Assembly: GCA_001661245.1 (NCBI GenBank)
Contig: KV454011.1
Location: forward strand, 960,426 to 1,024,425
Source: Pachysolen tannophilus NRRL Y-2460
Taxonomy: Eukaryota
Direction: 5' to 3'
DNA length: 64,000 nt
Shown here: positions 43,746 through 55,216 of the stretch, one piece after another
Position numbering within the stretch: position 1 is the stretch's first letter
How the letters are laid out: the number at the start of each line of letters is the position of its first letter
The notes under the pieces: model-generated
Databases searched by the model: none
Seen by the model: only the letters and a program-made list of their open reading frames with translations
What the model was told of the DNA's origin: nothing
Translations under genes and position numbers: made by a program

Positions 43746-45056
43746 ATGTCTGGTAGAAAGTGGGTAGATAAAAAGAAAGATCGGACTTATGCTCTTGTTC
43801 ACCGTTCGCATGAAGATCCTTTGTATTATGATGGAGATGCATCGGAACGTGTTTTTGTTCCTGTGAATAAGCATAAAGATAATAAGAAAGGAAGTAAGAA
43901 TATAAGGTTAGAGACCACAAAGGATTTGGCTGTTGAGTTGGAAAATGAGAAGATAAGAGAGAATGAAGGTGAGGCAGCCTTGTATGGTATTACATATGAT
44001 GATTCCAGTTATGATTATATGCAGCATTTAAGACCTATAGGAAATAACGATGGTATATTTATAGCTAAGCAAGAGGCTCAAGATGAGGGAAAGAATAGGT
44101 CAAGGCATAAAGATATTGTATTGAAAAGTAATGCTGAGGAATTAATACCTCAAGAACTGTTGCCTTCGAAGGAAAACATGAAGATTGATTATCAAAATAT
44201 GCAAAATATTCCGGATATGATTTCTGGGTTTAAACCAGATATGGATCCAAGGTTAAGAGAAGTGTTGACAGCTTTGGACGATGAAGCATACCTTGATGAA
44301 GAACACGACACAGATGATAATGATATATTTGCTGATTTGTTGAAGGAAGGACCGGCACAAGAAGGTGAGGAGGATGTACAAGATTTTGATGAGTGGGATA
44401 TGGATAACTATGAAGATGAATATAAAGATTATGATTCCGATAATGAAAACAACAAGGGAGCAGCTGAAAATTGGCAGGATGATTTTAAAAAATTCAAGAG
44501 AGATCAGAAAAGAGGGAAAATAGTGAATGATTGGGATAGTGATGATGATTTTGGTTCTGATGATGATGACAACGAAGAAGAAGAAGAAGATGTATTACTG
44601 CAATTACCAGAAATTAAAAACGCTGCCAGTAAGAAGAAATCAAAGGCCAAGGAAAGGAGGAAGAAAGGTGCCTTGACAGATACATCGTCTTTTTCTATGT
44701 CATCTTCAGCACTATTCAGAACAGAAGGTTTGAGGATAATAGATGATAAATACGAACTAATGGCCAAGAAACAACTGTTGGACAATGACTCTGAACACAG
44801 CGAACAAGACGAAGAATACCAGCCATTTGATATGGCTGCAGAAAGACTGGATTTCGAAGTCATGTTGGACGATTTCTTGGAAAATTACGAATTAGAAGGA
44901 AACGGTAGAAGATTGGTCAAGAAAAATAATGAAATCCAACGTATAAAAGATGCTGCAGACAGTGTATCCAAATCAAAACTTGCCGCTAGAAGGAAAAAAA
45001 TCAAAGAAGAAAATGTCGATAAACTCACTTCAGGCATAAATAGCTTAAAATTCTAA
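43746..45056 (+). CDS. LTV1: Pre-40S assembly factor Ltv1
   Basis: Motifs LVHRSHEDP, EGEAALYGITYDDSSYDYMQHL, DPRLREVLTALDDEAY and FSMSSSALFRTE. First ATG is at 43746. Confidence 0.95.
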   Translation: MSGRKWVDKKKDRTYALVHRSHEDPLYYDGDASERVFVPVNKHKDNKKGSKNIRLETTKDLAVELENEKIRENEGEAALYGITYDDSSYDYMQHLRPIGNNDGIFIAKQEAQDEGKNRSRHKDIVLKSNAEELIPQELLPSKENMKIDYQNMQNIPDMISGFKPDMDPRLREVLTALDDEAYLDEEHDTDDNDIFADLLKEGPAQEGEEDVQDFDEWDMDNYEDEYKDYDSDNENNKGAAENWQDDFKKFKRDQKRGKIVNDWDSDDDFGSDDDDNEEEEEDVLLQLPEIKNAASKKKSKAKERRKKGALTDTSSFSMSSSALFRTEGLRIIDDKYELMAKKQLLDNDSEHSEQDEEYQPFDMAAERLDFEVMLDDFLENYELEGNGRRLVKKNNEIQRIKDAADSVSKSKLAARRKKIKEENVDKLTSGINSLKF

Positions 45057-45417
45057 CCAACAGTCATCACGATGGCCCTTTTTTCGCCATTTCTCGCCAT
45101 TTCTCGCCTAACTTTACCCAAAAAGTTTTGGACTTTTTTTCTTTTTCTTATTTGTGATGAAAAAATTGTATGTGCGGCGCATTTAATGTTCGCTTATCTT
45201 ATCTCTTTTTAAAAATGGATCGCTTTCGACTTCGGTTCGCAAACATGGGTTTATACTAGTTTAAATAGTAGATTGAATAGTTAGTCACTAGAGTATTATC
45301 TCTTGGGATTATATAAATAATCAACGATTCTATTTTTCTTTCTTTCTTTTTGATTTTATTTGCAAATAAATAAATAAAAAAAAAGTTTTTAAAAAAAAAA
45401 AGTTAATAATAAAATAA

Positions 45418-46914
45418 ATGATGCAAAACCCGCTTTTTAGCTGCAGATTATTGATATCCCAATCCAAAATCACAGGAACATGTTTTGAACGTTTTGGTCG
45501 TTTAAGTGGTTCTGTTATGTTTACACGGAATGTGGTTCCAATTAGATGTATTTTCACAAATGGGACTAGCAAATTCCAGGATGTTTCCGTACAGATTGGA
45601 CGCCAACAACATTCTTCTACAAATAAGAAGAATATTGGTAATAACAGTAATAGTACATTCAAGTATTTGGAGTCGCTAAGTAATAAGGAACTTTTCTCCT
45701 ATGGTGTGATAGGTTTGGCTACTTTAAACAAGCCAATATTGGATTTTGTTGTTAAGTTGTTTCCTTATGTACCAATGTTTTTGGTTAAAACTTTAGTTTA
45801 TGACATTTACTGTGGAGGTCAAAATATTGAGCAAGTTATGGAAACCGGGAACAGATTAAACGATAGAGGGATCAAAAACATGATGATTAGTCTTACTATT
45901 GAGGCATGTAATGGGAATGATAATGTGGATGTTGATTATATCGTTCAAGAGACAAATAGATCTGTTAACGAAATAGCTGTACCGCATACGATTAAGATGA
46001 TTGAACAAGCAGCATTACAACAAAATTCAAATATTAATGATATTGCACCGGGGTATGTTGCTTTGAAACCAACTGGTTTGGTAGCTGATGCTGCAAAAGT
46101 CTTGAAAAATTTTCAATCTGAAGAATATAAAAATCAATTTGAAAAATTAGTTAGAAATTGTTCTTTTATATGTGAGAATGTTTTCCAAAAAAATAAAGAA
46201 TTGAAACTGAAATATCCAACAAGGGTATCACCTTTTGTTGTTGCCGTGTTAGATGCTGAATCTTATGAGTTACAACAAGGTGTTTATGAATTACAAAGAA
46301 GATTATTCAAGAAATTTAACCCTATTAATTCTCCTGTTTCAGTAGTTGGTACTATTCAAATGTATTTAAAAGAATCTTTACCATTATATGAATTTGAACA
46401 AAAATTAGCTGAAAAGGAAAATTATAGAATAGGTTTGAAATTGGTTAGAGGTGCTTACATTCATTCAGAACTTGATAGATCAGTTATACATGATACTAAA
46501 CAAGATACTGACATAAATTATAATACTGCAGTTCAACAAGCAATAACAAATATTTTAAAATCTACTTTGGAAAAAAAATCAAGTATTGGTCATTTAGTTG
46601 TTGCATCACATAATCCTCATTCTCAATATTTGGCAACAAAGTTATTATCGGAAACCTCAAATTTTGAAAAATCAAATGTAGTATTGGCTCAGTTGTTAGG
46701 AATGGCCGATAATGTCACTTTGGATTTAATAAATAATCACGGTGTCAAAAATATAATCAAGTACGTCCCATGGGGGCCTCCAAAGGAAACAAAAGAGTAT
46801 TTACAACGGAGATTGGAAGAGAATGGAGATGCTGTCAGAGCTGATAATGGATTACCTTTGGTTAAAAGTGTCTTACAAATCTTGTTAAATAGATTTTTTG
46901 GTAAGACAATTTAA
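45418..46914 (+). CDS. PUT1: Mitochondrial proline dehydrogenase
   Basis: Motifs YCGG, VALKPTG, LDAE, GTIQMYL, GLKLVRGAY, VASHN, QLLGMAD and KYVPWG..YLQRRLEEN. Confidence 0.96.
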   Translation: MMQNPLFSCRLLISQSKITGTCFERFGRLSGSVMFTRNVVPIRCIFTNGTSKFQDVSVQIGRQQHSSTNKKNIGNNSNSTFKYLESLSNKELFSYGVIGLATLNKPILDFVVKLFPYVPMFLVKTLVYDIYCGGQNIEQVMETGNRLNDRGIKNMMISLTIEACNGNDNVDVDYIVQETNRSVNEIAVPHTIKMIEQAALQQNSNINDIAPGYVALKPTGLVADAAKVLKNFQSEEYKNQFEKLVRNCSFICENVFQKNKELKLKYPTRVSPFVVAVLDAESYELQQGVYELQRRLFKKFNPINSPVSVVGTIQMYLKESLPLYEFEQKLAEKENYRIGLKLVRGAYIHSELDRSVIHDTKQDTDINYNTAVQQAITNILKSTLEKKSSIGHLVVASHNPHSQYLATKLLSETSNFEKSNVVLAQLLGMADNVTLDLINNHGVKNIIKYVPWGPPKETKEYLQRRLEENGDAVRADNGLPLVKSVLQILLNRFFGKTI

Positions 46915-47010
46915 AAGCCAATGTAAATTGTTTATATATATATTTATATATATATCTTTTTCAACGGAAATATGAATTTGATAACAAATTGACAAAAGAA
47001 GTTGCTCAAC

Positions 47011-47415
47011 TGTTAAAACATCATTTCTTACCTTGTAACTGGAATAAAATTCACCCCAGTTTCTTAAAAATCAATACATAATACATACCTCAATACTATA
47101 AAAATTAGATATCTCACTAATTTGACTAGCCCTTCAAGGATTATAGACTTAGTATTATCTCTCTGGCCAAATTACTGGAAATAAACTTATTCACAACGTT
47201 AATGATTCTAAAAAACTAAACTTCAAAGAAACTTTCCAAATGTTGGTTCTGCTAATGTCATCGGTAAGAAGCTCCTAGAATAAAAACTATACTCACCTAA
47301 AAGCAGTAAAGCTAAATCTAACTCTGATTTCAGTCAATACAAGAGGAGGTTTAGATATCAGCAGAAAAAGAATGACAAACTAAAGTTGTCAGTTGTCAGT
47401 TGTCAGTTTTCAACA
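47011..47415. mobile_element. Candidate solo LTR, 405 bp, TG...CA
   Basis: Ends TGTTAAAAC and GTTTTCAACA form an imperfect terminal inverted repeat. The interior lacks the homopolymer runs typical of nearby intergenic DNA. There is no perfect target-site duplication. Confidence 0.3.
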
Positions 47416-47777
47416 CATCCATCTACTATGAAGGTCAAGAATTGAAAATTTCCTGCAAAGACGACAAAGCTCTTTAGTAAATTTGAAAAATCATGGAATT
47501 CCAAGAAAGAAATTATTTTATATAGAAGACAACAGCATATATAGATCAATACAGACTTCTAGTTCCATCGTCCGTATTCCTTTTCGTTTCGTTTCTTTTC
47601 ACTTCAATTTGACTTCAATTTGCCTGCGTGAAGAAATTTTTGTAGTGAAAAAAAATTTTTTTATAAGCAGAGATAAGAAATCAAATCATTACTACTATAA
47701 TTAAATCGAAAGGATATAATTTATATATCCATTTATCCATTTTCCTTCGGTTTTAGTTGTCGTTAATAGGGTTTGAA

Positions 47778-48131
47778 ATGTCAGCTTCGGGATTGAATAA
47801 TGCTCAGAACAGAGATACCTCTGGATTGGTAAATAGGAAACCAATAAAGAAACCAACCACTTCATCGCGTGTTAACGAAGAAGATGAGTTTTCATATTCA
47901 AGGTTTTTCAAGGCCTTCTTTTTAACCATGGTTTGTCTCGTTGTATTTGCCTTGGTACTTACACATATTTCCCATGTTGTCGTGAATACTTATCATGGTG
48001 GTATAAAAGCGTTTGCGGTTGGTATTGCTGGGTTGTCTTTGAATATTGGGATAAGTACTAAAATTATAACATATTTGAACAAGGCGTTATTTATAAAAGA
48101 AGATGAAGATGATTTGAAAAAATATTCATAG
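47778..48131 (+). CDS. Small hypothetical membrane protein, 117 aa, two hydrophobic segments
   Basis: ATG at 47778; hydrophilic N-terminus, then AFFLTMVCLVVFALVL and AFAVGIAGLSLNIGI. Confidence 0.6.
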   Translation: MSASGLNNAQNRDTSGLVNRKPIKKPTTSSRVNEEDEFSYSRFFKAFFLTMVCLVVFALVLTHISHVVVNTYHGGIKAFAVGIAGLSLNIGISTKIITYLNKALFIKEDEDDLKKYS

Positions 48132-48340
48132 ATTTCGGTCAGGAGAAGCTTTAAACTATACGATGCGATATATTATTAGAGACATAAAATATATTTAATT
48201 TCAAATTTTCCAACAGTTTGAATGTTTTTAGCTTATAGATAAATTTATATTTTGGAAACCTATTTATACGTTATTTGATCTTAAGTTTAGTTTAATAAAA
48301 AAAAAAAAAAAAAAACTGATATCTGTGCATTCTTATTTCT

Positions 48341-51205
48341 TTAATCTGAGTTATCATCAGGAATATCATTGTCATTGTCGATTTCAACTCCTTCTTTATT
48401 AACGGATTCGTTTTCAGTAGCGACGATGCCCTGCTCGTCCAAATATTTTTTAACTAAAGAAATATCTATATTAATATTAGCATCTGCTAAAAGTTTTTGG
48501 AAATATTTTAGTGATATTGGTTTAAACATCAAAATATCTAAATGTAGACTTTCATTCTTCATGACTAAATCGGTGATTTTATCGAAAATTTGCCCTTTCA
48601 CAGAAAGTTGGCTATTCTCTTGTTGGCTCAAGGGGAGTGATGGTAGTTGTGATGATTCTGTATTTTTATTATTATTTTGTTGAAATTGTGATAATTGACT
48701 TTGATCGATTAATTTACTGGTCTCTTTCAAAGTTTCAAGCATCTTCAGTCTACTCTTACTTGTTTTCAAACCCCATGAGTTTAATTTTGTTCTTAAATCC
48801 TGTGTAGATAAACTTTCAAAATTCTCTTCATATTCTTCTTCTTCTTCTTCATCATCTGTGTTATTGAGCTGTTGATTCACGTTATCTTGATTGGTATAAT
48901 TGTTAGAGCTTTCAATTGCTGTATTATTGGTACTATATATTTCATCTTTGCTTTTACCAGAATCATTCTTGCTTTGAACATTTTCATGTGGATCTTTGTC
49001 AGCAATAGAAAGAAAAACAATCTCTGATTTTTGACTCGAAGGAACTTGTATTATATTATCATCATCACTATTATCGTTGTGGTTTGTTTCTTCAAATACT
49101 TTGGTAATTTCTATGACGCTAATATCTTCACCTTCTTCATCTTCTGAACTATTTGCTATTTCATCAAGATCATATTTTCTTTTTTTAACCTCTATTAATT
49201 TTGTAGTTGTTGAAAATTTAGTTTGCTCGTTATCATTATTGCTATTATTTGTTTCACTTCTATGACTTGATTTTCTTTTCCTATTTTTAAACATCACAGT
49301 AACATTTTCCTGAGGTTCTTTAATTAGTGATTTCAATTTTCCTTTAAATTCAACTCTAGTAGTTTCTGTCACTTTTTTTCTTTTTCGATTTTCATTTAAA
49401 TTGCTTGATTCTTCTTGTAATTTTATAGAATCAAAGAAATCAGAGTTTGCTGTTGAATATACAGTATCTTCCTGCGAATTTTTATGTGTCAAGACATGTG
49501 ATCCTGTCAGTGGTTCATCTATCTCAGCAACTTCTTCATTTTCATTTTCATTTTCATTAAAAGATCCTGGAAGCTGATTAATCGAGTGTCCATAGTCAGA
49601 CTCCTGAGAAGATAAAACAACAATATTAGTATTTTCAGGTTCAACTTGATTTATAAATCTGTTGGGGTTTTCAAGTTCATTTTTCTTTTTAAATTTTAAT
49701 TGAGAAAAAACTGGTGATGAAGTAACAATTTCATGATTATTTAAAGAGGAATTTGTTGGAGATTTCAGAGAAGTTGATTCTATCAAGTTCATATCTGAAC
49801 TAGCAGGTTCAACAAATGATTTTGGAACTTGAATCTTTGATGATATCCTATCCGGCATTGATGAACAAGGATCCTCCATCCTATCATTATTTTGTTGCCT
49901 TAATTTTTCTTCATTATTTGTAACCACCAAGGAAGTATCTAATGTAATTGGATCTTTCTTTGAAGAACCAATTGTTTCCAATTGTGATTTATTCCGTTGA
50001 GATAATTTGAACTTATATTTTGAGATTTCTTCAATTTCATCATCTGTATCACGATTTTTATTATCATTTCCATCAACATTTGAAAAATCAGCAATTATAG
50101 AAGAAGAAGATTTATTTGAATTTGGAATTGTGTTATTTTTAACTTGAGGTTCAGTCCGGCTGAGTTGTTTATCCTCAGTTACAATTGTATTATCCATCGG
50201 CAAAGGAGATAATTCAGGAGATGAATCTGAAATCTCCCAATCTGGTTTAGTAATTTTATTCCCATAATCAGTACCACTTAGTACTTGAGACAAAGTCATT
50301 AAAAATGGTAATTGTTCAGAATCGTCATTAGAAAGTTGCGAAGAATTAAAACAAACTTTCCCATTACTAAAATCATCAGAGTTCTTATAATCATCCAAAT
50401 CGTATAACCAAGTAAGCTCATCTTTGGTGAGCTTAACTGGAGGATTAGCTGCAATGTTCCATATACCATCTGATGAGGCAAGATTCAATTTTTCTTCATT
50501 ATTTGTCAAAGATGTTGTAATTTTTGAAAGTGTCAACTTACTCAGTTTTGATAAATTGGGGAACTTTAAATTTATCGATTTAATGATATCAAACCATTCG
50601 TTTTCTTTATACAACACAACACTGTTATCTAAATCTTGATCCTCATAGTCGTCATATTCTTCTTCATCATCATCATCATCATCAACCAGAGACTTTCTAT
50701 CTCGTCCTTCGGCGCCAGAATCACCACTATCTCCTTCTATTGCCTGAATCCTCCTGATAATATCGTTAACCTTCCTCTTCCTACCAGACAATAACTTCAA
50801 AATGGATATCTGTCTTTTCAGCGTCTCTGGGCTCTTATTGAAAAAATTGCTATAGTTACTAGTAACATGAGAAGTAATACTTTTAATCTTTGGCCTTTTC
50901 CTTTGTTTTTCACTATTCTTTTTCTTCTTCTTCTTCTTCTTCTTCTCTTCTTCCTCCTCTTTCCTTTGTCGACTATCCATCACCACCGTACCACCTAGTT
51001 CTAATCTACCGTACACACCACGTCTCATAGAATTACTATTGATGGGCACACTATTCTTCTCCTGATAATCGTCATCATTCTTAAATTTTTGTAATTTTAA
51101 TTTTACATCATCTTCCAGCTCCCATTCATCCAATTTACTTTGAAACTGTGTCGAAATATATAATTCATTCTTATCCCCTATTCCACACTCTTCCTCTTCG
51201 CCCAT
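48341..51205 (-). CDS. SLX4: Structure-specific endonuclease scaffold Slx4
   Basis: N-terminal ISTQFQSKLDE, internal LYKENEW..I...FP and LYDL, MTLSQV. SAP-like LRTKLNSWGLK and C-terminal ILMFKPI..YLDEQGI. Confidence 0.8.
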   Translation of the reverse strand: MGEEEECGIGDKNELYISTQFQSKLDEWELEDDVKLKLQKFKNDDDYQEKNSVPINSNSMRRGVYGRLELGGTVVMDSRQRKEEEEEKKKKKKKKKNSEKQRKRPKIKSITSHVTSNYSNFFNKSPETLKRQISILKLLSGRKRKVNDIIRRIQAIEGDSGDSGAEGRDRKSLVDDDDDDEEEYDDYEDQDLDNSVVLYKENEWFDIIKSINLKFPNLSKLSKLTLSKITTSLTNNEEKLNLASSDGIWNIAANPPVKLTKDELTWLYDLDDYKNSDDFSNGKVCFNSSQLSNDDSEQLPFLMTLSQVLSGTDYGNKITKPDWEISDSSPELSPLPMDNTIVTEDKQLSRTEPQVKNNTIPNSNKSSSSIIADFSNVDGNDNKNRDTDDEIEEISKYKFKLSQRNKSQLETIGSSKKDPITLDTSLVVTNNEEKLRQQNNDRMEDPCSSMPDRISSKIQVPKSFVEPASSDMNLIESTSLKSPTNSSLNNHEIVTSSPVFSQLKFKKKNELENPNRFINQVEPENTNIVVLSSQESDYGHSINQLPGSFNENENENEEVAEIDEPLTGSHVLTHKNSQEDTVYSTANSDFFDSIKLQEESSNLNENRKRKKVTETTRVEFKGKLKSLIKEPQENVTVMFKNRKRKSSHRSETNNSNNDNEQTKFSTTTKLIEVKKRKYDLDEIANSSEDEEGEDISVIEITKVFEETNHNDNSDDDNIIQVPSSQKSEIVFLSIADKDPHENVQSKNDSGKSKDEIYSTNNTAIESSNNYTNQDNVNQQLNNTDDEEEEEEYEENFESLSTQDLRTKLNSWGLKTSKSRLKMLETLKETSKLIDQSQLSQFQQNNNKNTESSQLPSLPLSQQENSQLSVKGQIFDKITDLVMKNESLHLDILMFKPISLKYFQKLLADANINIDISLVKKYLDEQGIVATENESVNKEGVEIDNDNDIPDDNSD

Positions 51206-51356
51206 ATTCCATTCCCTCTACACCAATCTATTCCGTTGTAAATTGTAAATCGTAAATCAAACTATCTTTGCCCTCTATATCTCATTGCGCACTTTATTTT
51301 TTTCACCTTTTTTTTTTTAATTTTTTAATTTAATTCTATTTTGAGATGACACGATA

Positions 51357-51362
51357 ACGCGT
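51357..51362. promoter_or_regulatory. MCB element in the divergent SLX4/RLF2 promoter
   Basis: ACGCGT between two S-phase/DNA-repair genes. Confidence 0.6.
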
Positions 51363-51424
51363 CAAAAAAAAAACCAAAATTTAATTTTGATGATTAAATT
51401 TATATAAAATAAATTAAATACAAG

Positions 51425-51460
51425 TTGACGGTATTGACGGTATTGGCGGTATTGACGGTA
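51425..51460. repeat. (TTGACGGTA)x4 tandem repeat
   Basis: ttgacggta ttgacggta ttggcggta ttgacggta. Confidence 0.9.
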
Positions 51461-51528
51461 TCTATCCATCTCTAGAGGTATAGTTTTATTTGTGTCTATT
51501 AGGATTAGGGAGTGTTTGGGGTCCAAAG

Positions 51529-54074
51529 ATGTCACATCAATCGAAACTACCATTTTGTAATAGCGCGTTAGTAACTCCCAAGAAATCTCCATTACAAAAA
51601 GATTCAAGAAATAATATTCTGGTTATAGATTTGGAGAGTAATAAAGAGAATGAAAATGATTGTTTGCAATTGAATAAGAAGAGGTGTAATGAGGAGCTTG
51701 CGGTTGATGGTGATTACGAAAATGTAAAGAAACAAAAAATGGATTGCAAGCAAGCTTCGATAATGCCTTCTCCTGATGATGGTGAAGAAGAAGAAGAAGA
51801 AGAAAAAGAAAAAGAAAAAAAGTTTTCCACTTAACAGGTACTGATGATGTTGCTGGTGATGATAACGATGAGAAAGAGGAGGAGGAGAATCAAGACAAGA
51901 GTTTGGAGGTTATTGCAATTAGCGATGTGAAGGCGGTGTCCAAAGAGGGTAAAGTGACAGAGAACAAATTAACCAAGACGACTTCTGTGTCTAGTTTAGC
52001 TTTACATTCTCATAAAGAACATAAAGATTTTACAAGAGAATTAATTAAAAAGAAAAAAGAACAAGAAACTGAAATGAAGAGGTTGAAAAAAGAGGAAGAA
52101 CAACGGAAAAGAGAAGAAGTAAAAAGGCAAATAGAGTTGAAAAAGGAAGAAAGAAGATTAAAAATTGAACAAGAAAGAAATGAAAAAAAATTAAGAATTG
52201 AACGTGAAAAGGAAGAACGTCGATTAAAATTAGAAAAAGAAAAAGAAGAAAGAAAATTAAAATTAGAAAATGAGAAAAAGGATAAAGAAGAGAAAAGATT
52301 ACGTGAAAAGGAAGAAAAGGAAAAATTAAGGTTAGAAAGAGAATTACAGAAAAAGAAAGAAAAAGAAGAACTTGAAAAGAAAAAACAAGAAGAAGAAGAG
52401 AAAAAAAATAAATCACAATTGAAAATTGCTTCTTTTTTCAAAATTAAAAAGAGCACTAATGCTAATATACCTCTGTCAAATAGAAATTCACTAACTGGTT
52501 TAGGATCAAGTTTAGGATCAGGTTTAGGATCAAGATCAGGATCAGGATCAAGATCAGGATTAGGCTCTAATGTAATAGATAAAAATTTTTCAATATCAGA
52601 TAATTGTACTTTCGAAGAAACGGAAAAGACTGATTACCAACAAGCTTTTTTAAAATTTTTCACAAAGGAAAATAGTCAATTATTTAAAGGATTTACTTTA
52701 TCTAGACAAGAAATGTTATCATGGGAAAATGAATTTGATGATTTAATTATAACTAAGAAATTTAATTCTTTATCAAAAGTACCATCATCAGAACAATTTT
52801 TCAATCAAAATAAACTTTCTCAAAAATTTAAACAATCTTTTAATGCATTTGATGTTATTCAAGAATTAAATAATAGTAGTATTAGCAATAAATCAGAACA
52901 AGAAATTCTTGAAATGCTTAACCAACTTCCAACAAAATTTATTCAATTTTATGAAAATAATGGACCTCCATATTGTGGAACTTGGACAAATAATACCATT
53001 GATCTGATTAAATCAAAATATAATATTTCATTAAATTTAACACCATACTTTAAGATTCAAGATGAAGGAATCAATTATGATTATGATTCGGATTTAGATT
53101 GGAATAAAGCAGAAGATGAAAATGAAGAAGGTGAAGGAGAAGATATTAACGACGAAGACGAGGATGAGGAAGATGATGATGATAGAAGTGATACTGAGAG
53201 CACTAATGAAACCAGCGACTTGGATGAGTTTGTTGATGACGATAAGGATAAAATTAAGAGAAGAAAGATTATAGGACCCTTAGTTCCAATTATCAAGATT
53301 TATGATCAAGAAAAAGAAGAAGCAGAAGAAGAAGAAGAAAAAGAAAAAGAAGAAGACCAAAAAACTGAGCATGATAATATTAATAATTATTTTGAATCGT
53401 TACAAGTTGAGGTATTAAGGTTCGAGTTACCGATTGATACATCAAAAGATTATTGGACAACAAACTCAGCATCTTCAACTAAGAATTCATTGAAAGGAGA
53501 TATTGCAGATTCTGGAAAATCATCATCATCAACACCAGCACTACCATTGACAGAGGAACTGCTTGGACAATCGAATCAGCAACAACAACAACAACAGCAG
53601 CAACAACCACAAAACCCGAAAACCGTAATAAACGTATTGACACCTCACAAGAAACCAGAACAACTAATAAAAAACGATATCGATGTGTTGAAGCTAATCA
53701 AATTTATAAAGGCAAATAACGATTTATCAATATCCACGTTATGCGAATTAACACGGAAACATTTGGACAACAAAAACTATACAAAATCAGTAGTGAGATC
53801 TACAATAGATAGATATTTCGATAAGAGAAATAAGAAAACATGGGAATTGAAAGAACAAGACGAATTGATAAACTTAGAGTCGAAAGTTTCCAAAATGGTA
53901 GGAAATAATGCAGCTGCAGACACCACTACCACTACTGCTACCACTACTAGTACAAACACAATTGAAGATTTGATAAACAGCCAGAGAAACAAAGATGCCG
54001 AGGATGACCAGATACTCCTGGCTCTCATCCCGAGTCAACTGCTTAACCAGAAACCTTCCTCCACATCCATTTAA
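51529..54074 (+). CDS. RLF2: Chromatin assembly factor 1 large subunit (Cac1/p150); reading frame broken at about 51815-51822
   Basis: KER coiled coil, PIP box QLKIASFF, KFIQFYEN..PPYCGT, NYDYDSDLDW, acidic ED region and C-terminal winged-helix-like segment. The 5' ORF from ATG 51529 joins the main frame by a -1 shift. Confidence 0.85.
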
Positions 54075-54440
54075 ATAGAGACTTCTTCCTTCCTAAATAG
54101 ATTGTATACACGCATACATACATATACTTTCTCGATTTAACTTCCTAATTTAGTAATTTTTGAGTAATTCCTTTTTTTGCTAAACCACCTTCCGAATTAG
54201 GAAACTCTCAATTTTATATCGCATTTCATTGGTTCTCAAAAAATTTTCGATTTTTCACCTAACCTTTTTTTTAAATGTTATGGAAAAAGGTTGAGTGAGT
54301 TTCTTGTAGTTTTGGTTGTAGGTAACAATAATTAAATTCTAGTGGGATTAGATTGAGTTTTTGTTTTCGTTTTTTTATATAGGGAAAAGTTTTTTTTTTT
54401 AATCATCTATCTATCTGTGATTGGAATAGTTTAAAGAATA

Positions 54441-55000
54441 ATGTTTTCAAGATCATTTATTAATTCTTCGAGGTTATTTGCTCGTGGTGTAAGATTTAAT
54501 TCTACAAGTTCAAGAGTATCAGGTATTACTGAAAAATTAAATGGTATGTTTTATTGTCAAAAAGAGAAAGAAAGAAAGAGAGAAAAATTTTTTTTTAGCT
54601 TTTATTTTCAAGATGAAATTGTTTTATACTAACTAATAACATTACTATTCATTATAATTTATTAACAGGATTGAAAGATTCTACTCTTTATTGGTCAAAA
54701 GTTATTGCCGAACTTAGCAAACAGGTTTATTTAAAAGAAGGTTTATCTCCTCCAAACACTACTCAATTGCAAAGCGTTTATAAATCTTTATATGAATCTT
54801 CTTTAAAACTTGTTGAAAATCCAAAAGCTTTATTGGAATATTTAAAGACTGTTCCAGACAAAATCACCAAAAATACAGTTATTGAATATAGTTCTTACCT
54901 GATTCAACTTGCTGGTTTATTTTCTTTAGGAGAAGTTGTTGGTAGAAGAAAATTGATTGGTTATCATTCTTATGGTCCAAAGGAAGAACATCATCATTAG
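54441..55000 (+). CDS. ATP20: Mitochondrial ATP synthase subunit g; 2 exons (54441-54543, 54669-55000)
   Basis: Intron GTATGT..TACTAAC..CAG. Motifs YWSKVIAELSKQVYLKEGLSPP and GLFSLGEVVGRRKLIGY. Confidence 0.95.
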
Positions 55001-55216
55001 AAATTTACATAAAAAAAGCAAATTGATTTAAATTAAGTTAAAATTCAAAAATTTTTTTTTTCTTTTCTTTCTCTTTTGCTTTTTTTTTGCTCTTTTTTTC
55101 TTTTATTTGTGGGTCAAGAAATTATACTTAAATTTCTCTTATTGTTTAGAATCATTATTATTAATATTATTAATCATATATATGTGTGAAATGTACGTTA
55201 CTAGTCTCTGTTTATG

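Noticed and set aside
52010..52456. Phe/Ser/Leu-rich antisense ORFs
   Set aside because: They are the shadow of the purine-rich KER region of RLF2; the other short antisense ORFs inside genes were rejected for the same reason.
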